64,000 bases of DNA from NCBI GenBank assembly GCA_032718475.1, contig JAUCBJ010002152.1:10293-74292 (forward strand), in the 5' to 3' direction. A program made the translations under genes and the position numbers. The notes below the pieces were generated by a model. The model did no database searches. It was not told where the DNA came from and saw nothing but the letters and a program-made list of their open reading frames with translations. Source of the stretch: Nemertoderma westbladi (lineage: Eukaryota; Animalia; Xenacoelomorpha). Below are positions 32,701-44,269 of the stretch, in pieces (within the stretch, counting starts at the first letter, position 1; the number at the start of each line of letters is the position of its first letter).

Positions 32701-33802
32701 GTTGTCTTAATATAGATACCGGGGTGCGTTTGTTGTCGTTATTCCAACATAGTAAATTAATTATATATTTTGAATTTTGTTTTTCAAAAAGTTTAATTGC
32801 TAACTGCCACTCTGTTGGATAATCTTTGTTCCCGTTGTCAAAAATGAAATGAGTCATATAATTTTTGTACGATGAAGTACGCTGTTTGTTGTTTTTCACT
32901 TTGCTACTAAATTTTGCAGATATAATTGCCCATTTAAAACAGTCATTATCTACCGTTTGTATATTTATTGTACAATTTTTACCTGATAGAGCCTTAGGTA
33001 ATTCCATATACCCATGCCCCTTATATAGTAACGACCTACACTTAGATTCAGCTAATTTAATTTCAACCCTTAATAAAGATTTAATACGCCGCCCAGAACC
33101 ACGTGTGTTAAAGATGGCTATTTTTTGTAATATATACCCCAGCACATGCTCAAACCATGTGTCAAAACTTTGCGGCGAATCTACAGTATTAATAGCACCA
33201 CCGGAAGAATTAAAATAAAAGGTTTCCAATTGCTCACCTTCTGAAAAATGTGACCTGTACATTAATACATTTAGACCTAACCACAGTCTAAGAACATTCA
33301 TTTCTTTCAATCTATCTAATATTAACTGAAGAATATTACCTCGAATTTGCGTTACTGCTGTTTCTACATCGGGATAATCTCTAGAAGTTGGGAGGTCGTG
33401 GACATAAATTTCAAGACGATTATCGTGAGCTTCTTGTTCCCGCGTAAAAATTGTTGCGCATGTACCAAGAGCCACCCTTAAGTTTTTTCTAGATATTATA
33501 TTTTTATGTTGCGGAAATTTACGCTTTCTTGTGTAGTAACATTTCAAGTGACAATCGTGTCGTAAATAATTGTCATATGTATACTCTTTATTACAGGTAG
33601 AACAAGTCAATTGATAGGTGCGGAACTCCATTTCTTTACAACCAGTAGTCGTTTCATGTCGTTTACAAATTTCGCTGCATGAAGTCACGACATGACACTT
33701 TAAACAAGAATAACTTTCAAAATGTGCCCGTAGGTGGCGTAAATAATTATGTCTAGTTACATTCATATGACAGAATGAACAACATATTGTTATTTTATCC
33801 AT
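29747..33802 (-). pseudogene. polB: Protein-primed family B DNA polymerase (~1350 aa): N-terminal Zn fingers, terminal-protein/OTU-like region, endonuclease VII-like insert; two frameshifts and one nonsense
   Basis: ExoI YFDIEC, ExoII HNSNNYD, ExoIII YLKLDV, DFNSLY, KLLNNSLFGK, SDTDS, RPKLY, AKGI, C-terminal ALSSFDDK..PWGHY; CFYC..HHSHITGKYIAAACNSCN. Breaks at ~32320, 31483-31485 (TAA) and ~29975. Confidence 0.95.
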
Positions 33803-33991
33803 GTTGAAGTTTGTTTAGATAAATAATAATAATAATAATAATAAAATATCTCCAAAGATTAAAATAAAATGAAATGATATGATATTGACTACATCTAAAC
33901 ATTTATATGCTAGCGAGGGAAATAATTTTAAACCAATCACCAATCGCTTATGACTATTGGAAACCGCAAAGAGTTTAACTTATGATTAGGC

Positions 33992-35037
33992 TTACATGTT
34001 AGGATAATAATCTGGTTTCCATGGAGAATTAGTAACAGGCTCTACTAGAACTGGGTTACTGACAACTTTCTGTTTCTTTGCAGGTGATGCGTTGGTAAAT
34101 TTACTCGATGATCTTGGCTTCCGAGGTAATATTTCAGGAAAGACCTGTTGCGGTTGAGAGCAACTCTCTTCAACATCTGGATTAGGTGATGGGATCTCTA
34201 CGAACGCTTTAGGTTTATCCAAAAGGACAAAACCGTCAACATGGGCTTCAGTAAGAGAAACACCATCCATCGATTCTTTGAGAAAACTAATATGGGGTTT
34301 ATCATTCAAGTAATGCAACTCGATATAATTTCCGCCGGCACCTACTTCAGTAGAATTATAATTTTTTTATTATTGGTTTTAATCATTTTGAGCCTGTCTG
34401 ATAATTGAATGATATTTTTATCAAAAAGATGCTTGTCTGTTTCATCGACTTGGTTGTCCCACTCTCGCAACAAAACGGTTAGTTCCTGTTTTGACAAATT
34501 GAAACCTGTATAATAGTTAAAACCAACACTATCGGTGTATCTGAGGATGATTTTCCATAAGCCAACATAGTTGGTTCCTTTAAAAGCTGTTACAAATCCA
34601 ATAAACTCTGGATTTGATAATTCAATGTAGAATTGATCGCTAATAATCTCTAGCGGTGGAGAGAGAAATTGCAATAATTTCCCTCTGTATTGAATTAGAA
34701 CTTCAGTAAAAGCTTTGTTGAGAACTTTACATTTGCCTTGTTTCTGAACGTAAACATCACCCGATGTGGGGTTGATGGAAATATTCAAATTTCCCCGCGC
34801 AAAACGAAGAGTTGGATATATCCTACCTGGTATAATTGCTGGTCTGGATTGATGTTGGTTGTTGGTTGTTTCTAGAATGTCTAACAAATAGCGGGTATCT
34901 TGATGGGAAAAACAAATTGATTCGTTGTCCTCCTGAGATTCCACAATAAAATACTTGCTGTGAATGACGGTACAAGTATATTTATTGTAAGTAAATTTTC
35001 AGCTATTTGTTGCTCCGGTTTTTTGCGTTAAGGCCAT
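33992..35037 (-). pseudogene. PC4/Sub1-like ssDNA-binding/coactivator protein (tandem domains), one nonsense and one frameshift
   Basis: ATG 35037 is in frame with ORF 34342-34944 through one TGA; FVTAFKGTNYVGLW..GFNLSKQEL and YIELHYLNDKPHISF..GVSLT; A-run frameshift ~34365 joins ORF 33992-34318. Confidence 0.6.
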
Positions 35038-35101
35038 AATAATAATTATAAATACGAAAAATATTACAAGTGATAAATTTTAAACCGTATCGCTGTAATA
35101 A

Positions 35102-35384
35102 ATTGACACCATAGTTCTCACTCTAAAATTGTGTTGGTCGGAAGACGACACCAGAGAAAAATGTTGCTGAGTTCGACATTAGGTATCGACACAAAAACAA
35201 AAATCGGGTGAGACACGTAGCTCAGATTTTCGTTTTTAGGTCGATACCCAATGCTGGAATCAGTATCATTTTATGAGGTGTCGTTTTCTGACCAACGAAT
35301 ATACAACGAGTAAGATAATGTATAAATTATTAAGGAAATAACACAATGTCAGAGTGAGAACAAAAAATTAGATATGGTATCAAT
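35102..35384 (-). ncRNA. Candidate structured RNA: long imperfect fold-back hairpin
   Basis: 35133-35205 pairs with 35225-35296; outer stems 35102-35124 pair with 35351-35384; flanked by 21-bp direct repeats. Strand is inferred from promoter-like motifs. Confidence 0.5.
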
Positions 35385-35713
35385 ATATTACCATGAAGAT
35401 TACAAGTGATGAATTTTAATAAAAGCATTCAGTTATATATATATAAATTTGCGATGTGGCATAGTCAACGAAGAAGAGATGGTACGTGTCATAATCATCA
35501 ATGAATAAGAAAAGAGATGGGGAGCAACGTGGATGAATAGCTGGCTTGTTGATTGCGTGGATAGGAAATATGTGAAAGAATATGAATCATAGGGTTGTGT
35601 GTAATAATAATCAATAATTATTATAATAAAAACGCTCAGTATAATGTTAGTGGTGGTGGTGGTAGCCTTTCAATATGGCACAGATGCTGTGGGATTGGTT
35701 AGGTTAGGTTGAG

Positions 35714-36195
35714 TAACTATGGAAATGTTCGTATACGTGTAGCTGGAACGTGGCGGAATTTCACGTATCATAGCGTTGGATTGGACTGGTAGGAGGCTGC
35801 TTGGTTGGTTGGATTGATTTGGCGACAGCCGCCGAGGAGTAGCCGTGCGTGGCTAGCGGTGGTGAGTTGGCAATCGATATATAATATAAAATAGCGTAGT
35901 GGGGGCTAGCCATGCATCGTGAAGTTAGGTTACGCGAAGATGAATATGCGATGGTTGGTTGATGCAACAATACGAATCAATACTCACGGTTGGTAACAGC
36001 TATCGAGTAAGGCGGGCATCGTGAGGTTAGGCTACGCGTAGGCGATAGGCAACGATTGGTTGAAGGCATCGATACTGTTGGTGACAGATGGTCATTAAAC
36101 ATCGCGATTTAGCACGTTTTTAATAGCCCTCCGAGATGCAGCCCGTAGCCCAGGCTAGGGAGGAGTTCGCGGGGGGACACTCTTCTTCTACTACT
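35714..36195 (-). repeat. Maverick right terminal inverted repeat
   Basis: Reverse complement of 7738-8206; ends CTACTACT followed by TSD AAGGCG. Confidence 0.95.
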
Positions 36196-36830
36196 AAGGC
36201 GGCTCTCTTTACTACTTTCAGCTATCCCGGGAGGTTGATTGACAGACACTTACTAAGCTTTGATATTTAGCCGCTCTAGGTAGACTTACATTAGGCAAAT
36301 TCCAAGTGATTTCCTAAAGGTTATTTATTTCCTATTAGGTTCCTATTAGGATCCAATATGACGTTATTTGAAAGCGTTACTGTATGATATTTTATTATTA
36401 TATTATATTATATTATTTTATTATTATATTATATTATTTTATTATTATATTATATTATATTATTTTATTATTATATATATTTGTATTATTATTATACAGT
36501 ATATATATTTTATTACTTATTATCGAAAAAAAGCGAATTAATATTCTAGAATATAATAAAAAAAACATTGAAATTATGTTGATGCATCTCATAAAATGTA
36601 TGCCTTTGATGCATTTTGTCTGTAAGATTTTTTACCATTAATAAGTGTAGGGCCTACTGTAGCAGTAACCGGTAATTAACTGCTACAGTATATCAGTAGA
36701 CTTTTTAATGGCGTTTTATAGCGAATTAAACAAATTCGACCTGGAGGCCTAAGAAACTGTGTGAGAATATCACCATACACAGGTACAATTTAATAAAAAT
36801 TCCACATGCTTTATAATATGTATTGGTACT

Positions 36831-37039
36831 GTACTGTAGGCCAGGTGAGATAAATAATGACAACATAAAACTACTGTAATAACTTTGGGAAATGAGTACT
36901 ACTGTACAGGGGCTAAAACTACGGGTGGGGGTGGGGGTGCCTAGTGCCTACATACTATAAGTATGCCTACATACTGTAGTTCCTTAAGTTAATACAGTAG
37001 TTTTATGTTGTCATTATTTATCTCACCTAGCCTACAGTA
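36831..37039. repeat. Fold-back inverted repeat (~55-bp arms), MITE-like
   Basis: TACTGTAGGCCAGGTGAGATAAATAATGACAACATAAAACTACTGTA is inverted at ~36993-37039. Confidence 0.7.
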
Positions 37040-38428
37040 CATAACCTTTACATTATTACAGTATATCAAGCATGTTGGTAAAGGGAACAGGTTTACATAC
37101 CAAAATAATGGGGAACCAAAATAATAAACGGGAGTTAAGAATTACTGGGCAACCCATTAAATAAATATACAGTATAGTAAAAGTACATGGGACTGGCTGA
37201 CTGGTAATAAAGGGGGAGAGCTTAACTAATAACACTATGTTCGATTATTTGCCGAATGGTGATTGGCCAGTATTACAGTCTGTACATTACTCTAATTGAG
37301 AGTGCTTTGCATGCGTATCGCATGTGTCACGAATGGACCACGAATAATTTTAAGCGTGGCATGGCTAATATGACTAATGGCGCACCACGAAGTGAACAAA
37401 GCCTTTAGCATATGGGGGGTACCATTAACGAGCTGTCTGCCGTTAGTCAGAAGTCTTCAACTCAATACTCGTCCTCCTCTTGTGCCTCGTTGCGTTCATT
37501 CGTTTTTGACCAAACTTCAGATTCTTTCTAAATACTACATACATACCAAGTTTCGTTAAATTTCATCAAGGAATAACCGAGTTATTAACGAATAAAAATT
37601 TACGACGACGACGACGACAGGCGACGACGACAGACAACAGACAACTCCCCAATGGCACCCATATGCTAAGGCTTCGCTCACTTCGTGGCTCGCCCACAGT
37701 AGTGCATGTTTCAGTCAATCGATAGTCATTGGATGACGGACTGCATAGGGTGAGTGAGGGAGACTTGAACCCCAAAAGTTATAATCGTTCTAACGAACAG
37801 ATAAATGAATTTGTCAATGCCGTTTTAACTTTTTCACATTACATTTATGATTGCTATCATTATGTGAGAGTTTGAGAATTACAACTCTTAAACTTTTTAA
37901 AAAATTAAACCAATTATTCGTATTTTCGAAAAAGCGTCAAGTCTCACTCAATGGGGGGAGACTTGACACCTAGGGTGGGAGACTTGAACCCTACCTCACA
38001 TTCAAAAATGCATAAAAAGTGTAATAATTACGTGTCTATTTTATAATAGAGCAGCAAAAATGCAAAAAATACGTTTATTAATTTGTCAAATTATTTATCC
38101 CAAATTTTGTACAAATTTAGGTGGTCGTTCACATGGTTCTCCTAACAAGAAATAAATAAATAATAGTTAATTAAAACCGCAATAAAATTTAAAGCGGAAA
38201 GGTACTTTTTAATAATAAACATCTTGTATAATTTTCAATCCAGGAGCATTTTAATTGTTTTCCTGTAATTCTATTGATGTGTGCCGCTTTGTGACGTAGC
38301 GGCATCTTGTTTAAGTTGTCAATCACCAAGTTAGCGGGCTACCACATTGCAAAGAGGGAAGGAAGAGTTGTTGGTTGGCTTGGCTGGGTTTGGTTTAGTC
38401 TAGAGAGGGGCTACTCCTACTGCATGAA

Positions 38429-40397
38429 CTACTAGTATCGGCATGCTGCATTGCAGCTGCATTTTTAAGAATGCTGTGCCGGCTTGTCGACAAAATTGCG
38501 CCACCACAACTCCCTATCACCCATGACATTTGCTAGATCATCCGCATCTTCAAGGCCAGTGTCCTTTAAGGTGCGTCTCAAGAAAGTCAAGGGCTGTCCA
38601 CTATGCTTATTCACTCCATGAGGCTGCCAAATTACAAGATTATGCACTGTCTGGTGCTCATGGCGAAAGCAATGTCCTGCAAAGCGGAGGCGACTTTGTT
38701 CTAGTGTCAAGCTTGGGGGAACCAATGAGACACCTCCAATGTTATATAGTGTCTGGTTGGAGATGTGTGCATTGCACTTGACACAATGAACCCGGCGTAG
38801 CATTCTTGTGAATGTGCCATCCAGAGATTTGGTGTCCTCAGCAGTTAGAGCCCAGCATGGACTCCCATAGAGGAGTACTGGAACTACTGCTGCTCTAAAT
38901 AATCGGACCTTAAGTTTCCGATTAATTATCGGTGACTTCCAAATCCTGGAAAGCCTATTCAAGGCTGCCCATGCCTTTCCCTTACGTATTCGAAGATCCT
39001 CACCTGACTTCCGGATCCATGATCCCAGGTAACAGAAGTCGTCCACATGCTCAAGCATACCATCCTTTGAGCTTATGCTCATCCGATCAGAGACTTGCTG
39101 AGAACTTTCAAAGTTAACTGTCAAAATATTGGTCTTTCTGGAGTTACTAAAAAGACTAACACTAGAAGCAGCATGTTCTAATGAGCTGAGGAGCCGTTGG
39201 GCTCCCTCTCGTGATTCTGAGAGTACTCCTAAGTTATCAGCAAAGTCTAGATCAGTTAGGTACTTGGCAGGATTTCCTCGACTTCTGGAGCCAGTAGGTG
39301 GTGTTATCATCACCCCATCATCATTATGATGATCTAAAGACATGCGTAGAACATAGTCAACCACAATTATGAACAAGAATGGTGCAAGTGTGTCTCCCTG
39401 GAGGACGCCCCATAACACTTCAAATGGTTCTGTGTCACCATCAACAGTAGACACAAATGTTGTCGAACCATCGTATACTGATCTGATTGCTGCAATAATT
39501 TCATCCGGAATCCCACATAATGAAAGTATGCTGAACATATGTGAGCAGGAGACTGAATCAAAGGCCTTGAAGAAGTCAACAAAGATAACAGCCAGATGCC
39601 TGTCTTTCTTTTTTGATAACTCTTCAATTATCCTTCTAAGTGCCAAAATGGGTTCCATGGTCCCACGACCTTTACGGAACCCATTCTGATTTCCACGGAG
39701 CAGTCTCTCAATGGGATCCCTGATGCGATTTAATAGAATTCTATTGTATAGCTTTTGCAGCAATCGAGATCAATGAGATTCCCCGAAAAGAACCATAGAG
39801 TGTTAGGTTGCCCTTCTTGGGAACTGGCACCAACTTATTTGTTTTCATTTCTTGTGGGACTCTTGTTGTTCGGTACATGTCTACTATGATGGGATAGATG
39901 AGCTTTAAACACTCAGGTATTTTAAAGACCTCAGGGTGAACACCATCTATTCCACTGGCACGATTGGTCTTAATGCTCTTTGCAGCAGCCTTCACTTCTG
40001 CAAAGGAGATATCGCCAATTGGAATATCTGGGAGTACAGACTCAGACACTTTTACTTCTATAAAGTTATCAGGCAATACCCTGTCATTATTGAGGAGCCT
40101 TTCAAAGTGGGCCTTCCAACCATTGAGGCGATCGGCTGGTGATTCAGCCTTAACCTTGGTGGTTGGTTGGCTTTTCCGCCCAGTAAGCAAGTTGATCGAT
40201 TTCCATGTCAATCATCCCGATTGCCTGCTGTCGTCAGCATCATTGATGGTATCAACCTGTTGGTTTATTAGCTCCTGTAGATTAACAGAGTACTGCCTGT
40301 TCAGGGACCTAGATGCAGCCTAAACTGCATTCTTGGCCGCTGTAGTCTGTTTGAGTCGGGTCTCTTTCTACGCCTTATATAAGTTATTTCGGCACTT
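38429..40397 (-). mobile_element. 5'-truncated RTE-clade LINE (same family as 5300-6590)
   Basis: RT ORFs 38465-39763 and 39741-40211; (AGT)n tail; TSD CTGCATGAA at 38420-38428 and 40398-40406. Confidence 0.92.
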
Positions 40398-40787
40398 CTG
40401 CATGAAGCATGAAGCATAGCCATCCATTGATAGCTGCATTGGTGTAAGTGCCAATCAACTAGTTGGAGTGCTCTGGTGTAATGGCTCTCTACATGGGTGT
40501 AACTCTAGGTAGACGACAGCATTGGCGGGTTCAAGTCTCCCTCACACTCAAGCGTCATGTCTCCCCACACGGGCTTTTTTTTTCGATTAATTGATATAAT
40601 TTCAAAACGGCTGAACCAAAACTGGAAAACAATATATGGCAGGAGAGTGCAATAATTAGTTAACACATGTTGTGAATTACAATTATTGTAACATACAGTA
40701 AAAAAATAAGGATGCGAATTTTCATTAGTTGTAAAGGGTAAAAATTTACTTTTGAACCCAGAAAACGTTTATTGACAATAAAACAAA

Positions 40788-42478
40788 TTCCCATTCTTAA
40801 GAAGAAGAATGGGAAGTCAGATGGACCAGATAATCTCCCTTACGAAATATTAAAGGGATCAATATCTCTAACACTCTATCTGTGGACAATGCTATTTAAC
40901 ATTTGTTTGGTAACTGGGTCATTGGTTTCTACATGGAAACATAGCATCCTAAAGGTCCTATATAAAGGCAAAGGTTCAAGAGATGAAGAGAACAACTATC
41001 GAGGTATAGCCCTTCTGTGTAACCCTTTCAAGGTGCTTACAAGGCTTGTTGGGAAGCGGCTCCGTGAGTTCCTCCATTCTAAGATTCCTAAAGACCAGTT
41101 TGGTTTCATGCCAGGTCGATCAACCATTCAACCGTTGCAGCGTCTACTAACTCGGATCAAAGGAAACCTCTTTATGCCGCTTTTATCGATTTGCAAAAAG
41201 CCTTCGATTCGGTGCCACGATCTAAAGTACTGTACAAATTGGAACACGTGTTCAAGGTAAATGGGAGATTATTGCGTCTAATTAAATGTATTCTAAGCCG
41301 AAATTTCATATATATTTCTGATGGTTTGAGGAAATCTAATCCTGTGAGGCAAACTCAAGGATTCCAACAGGGTGATAGGCCCGTTTCTTTTTATATTATA
41401 CATATGGGACTTAATAATGTTTATTACGAGAGTAGACGAAGCAATTGTGGTACTCTTATTCGCTGATGACCTTTTGTTCTTCTCTGATAACAAGGACGCT
41501 TTACAGGCTGCACTCAATGCCACCAGCAGATAGATGGGCTTCCATCAACGGCCTTACTGCAAACCTGCGAAAATCGCAAATCATCAAATTCAGAAGAGGG
41601 GGGCGCCTATGTGGGGCTGATAAGTTTTTCTACAATGGTCAACCAGTTGAAATAGTAAATCATTACACTTATCTCGGAATAGTACTACAACCAACCCTTT
41701 CATTCACTCGACACATAATTAACACCACATGCAAATCGTTTAAAGTGATCCATTCTATCAAACAACCCAGCCTTTTATCTCTCAACACAGCAATCAAGTT
41801 ATTTACAATCAAAATCGAACCAATCATCAGTTATGGGCTCACTGTTATATGGGAATTTCTGAAATCAAAGGACTTTGAGAACCTGGACAAGATTAAGTCA
41901 TCGTACCTTAAAAGAGTTCTGTCAGTACACAAATCTGCTCAGAACAGGCTTGTCCTGGCGCTGAGTGGAAGCAAGAACCTGTGTATGGATCTGCAACAAA
42001 AACTCAATCTCCCCAAAACTCCCGAATTTAATAAATACAAAACTGGGGTCAATTCTAAGAACAACAAAATAATTCCAGAATTCTGGCGTTCTCCAGGATT
42101 TACAAACCCAAAATGGAGAACCTCAAACTATAAAAACCGGCACATCATCACACGGGTGTCTATACATGGGTTTCATCACCTAATTTGTAAAAACCCCGCG
42201 TTTCACGAGACTGCAGATGAATGCGTCTGCCGATTGTGGGACGCCAGAGCCAGCCGATACCACATTTTAAATTGTCACAAGAATGATGCACCCCTTGTGA
42301 ACTGGGCAAATACAAAATGAGCCCATGTAAATGGAAGAACTGCATTTTATTTTATTTTGTATATATTTTATAATAATTTGTATAGTTGTGTGTGTTATTG
42401 ATGTAATTTTAGCCTAATTTCTCGTTCCTACTGTAGAAGTGCCATCCTTTTGGCTTAATTAATAATAATATTAAAAAA
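40788..42478 (+). mobile_element. 5'-truncated non-LTR retrotransposon (CR1/L2-group-like RT with C-terminal Cys/His motif), frameshifted
   Basis: KSDGPD, NYRGIALL, QFGFMPGRST, KAFDSV, FADD (shifted frame), YTYLGI; (AAT)n/A tail; possible TSD AATAAAACAAA. Confidence 0.85.
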
Positions 42479-43427
42479 AATAAAACAAAAAATAACCAAC
42501 AGGTCATAAAACATTGTTGCACGGGTGTACAGTAGCCTACATGTATTTTACACATTTTTGTATGGTATTGTTAAATAATTTATAATAGTTTTTGAGTTAT
42601 TAAAAAAAATCAAGTCTCCCCTAAAGTCAAGTCTCCCTCACTCACCCTACTCCTATCTCAGTAATTCAACTGGTTCTCATTTGATTGAAGCCAGTTAAGG
42701 AAAGGCTGAGTGGATCCAGGCGGGGCTCGAACATACTACCAATGGATCAACCAACAGTCGTCCTAACCTGCCTTTTTTTTATAAAAGGTTTAGGTACATA
42801 GTGTATCTAAACCTACTGTGTATACTATATTAAACACCTAAAACATGGTGTAGACCTACAAATTATCACATCCTACAGCACATAGTGCTCGGAATAGACA
42901 CAAAAAACCAAGTCAAGTCTCTCATTTAATGAATTCCGTGAACTAGAGTTCCAATGTAAGTAACCCCCTGCTGGTGTGTTACTGTGTTTCATAATGTTCC
43001 TTATGTATAACAGTTTAAGTAATCAATAACACTTTGTTAACTAAAGCTGGATAATAATTGTGCTGCATGACGATTGTGCTCGACCTCTGCTTGAGTTTCT
43101 TATCATGGCTGCTCAGTGTGATACCAAACTTATTAATGAAGTAGTAATGTAGTACCCAACATTGTTAAAAATATAACGCTCTCGCTTTATTAATTAATTT
43201 AGATGAATCACAACTTTTTTATTTTGTTATACAATTGTTTTTATGTGTATAATTTCATGGTTAAATTTTCCGAATAATTACACTGTAAGTTAGCAGTCAG
43301 TCAGTCAATTACGCAGTGTTCTTGCGCAGAACACTTGTTGATATGGCCTCTTCATATTAAATGCATTATTCAATCATTATTTAATAATTATAAAATTAAA
43401 TTATCAATGTAACATTTTCCCTTATAG

Positions 43428-43919
43428 CACAGTGCCGGCGGACCCAGCAGTCTAGCGCCCCCAGATGTAATGGTCAGCCATACACAGTGCCGGCGCACCC
43501 AGCAGCATAGCGCCCACAGATGTAACGATCAGCCATACACAGTGCTGGTGGACTCAGCAGCATAGCACCCACAGATCTAATGGTCAGCCATACACAGTGC
43601 AGGCGCACCCAGCAGCATAGCGCCCTCAGACCTAATGGTCAGCCACACACAGTGCCGGCGCACCCAGCAGCATAGCGCCCTCAGATCTAATGGTCAGCCA
43701 TATACAGTGCCGGCGCACCCAGCAGCATAGCACCCCCAGATCTAACGGTCAGCCATACACAGTGCCAGTGGACCCAGCAGCATAGCACCCCCAGATCTAA
43801 TGGTCAGTAACACACAGTGCCGGTGGATCCAGCAGCATAGCGCCCTCAGATCAAATGGTCAGCCATACACAGTGCCAGTGGACCCAGCAGCGTAGCAGCA
43901 GCATCTTACGGTCAGCCAT
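43428..43919 (+). repeat. GC-rich minisatellite, ~9 copies of a 55-bp unit
   Basis: CACAGTGCCGGCGCACCCAGCAGCATAGCGCCCTCAGATCTAATGGTCAGCCATA-like unit repeated in tandem. Confidence 0.9.
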
Positions 43920-43945
43920 GAACTTTCCTAGTTCATGGCTGCTTC

Positions 43946-44269
43946 TATAACATTGGAGGTGTCTCATTGGTTCCCCCAAGCTTGACACTAGAACAAAATC
44001 GCCTCCGCTTTGCAGGACATTGCTTTCGCCGTGAGGACCTGCCAGTGCATAATCTTGTACTTTAGCAGCCTCATGGAGTGAATAAGCATGATGGACAGCC
44101 CATGACTTTCTTGAGACGCATCTTAAAGGACACTGGCCTTGAAGATGCGGATAATCTATCAAATGTCATGGGTGATAGGGAGCTGTGGCGGCGCAATTTT
44201 GTCGACAAGCCGGCACAGCATTCTTAAAAATGCAGCTGCAGTGCAGCATGCCGATACTAGTAGTAGTAG
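43946..44269 (+). mobile_element. 3' end fragment of the RTE family
   Basis: Matches ~6260-6590 including the (AGT)n tail. Confidence 0.88.

Larger units (their letters stand above)
7738..36195. mobile_element. Complete Maverick/Polinton (adintovirus-like endogenous virus), 28,458 bp including nested insertions
   Basis: Termini AGTAGTAGAAG...CTTCTACTACT; 6-bp TSD AAGGCG at 7732-7737 and 36196-36201; long TIRs; pPolB, rve integrase, ATPase, capsid and protease genes. Confidence 0.97.
37748..42647. mobile_element. TA-flanked DNA transposon/MITE (GGGTGAGTGAGGGAGACTTGA TIRs) carrying two nested LINEs
   Basis: TA|GGGTGAGTGAGGGAGACTTGA ... TCAAGTCTCCCTCACTCACCC|TA; internal GGGAGACTTGA repeats. 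Confidence 0.75.

Noticed and set aside
29747-33802. Programmed frameshifting or three separate polymerase genes
   Set aside because: Motif order is that of one pPolB, and similar lesions occur in MCP, penton-1 and other genes, consistent with decay (some may be homopolymer sequencing errors).
36384-36641. 85-aa hydrophobic ORF
   Set aside because: Translation of an (ATT/TAT)n low-complexity tract.
43428-43919. Possible CRISPR array
   Set aside because: Contiguous tandem units with no unique spacers.
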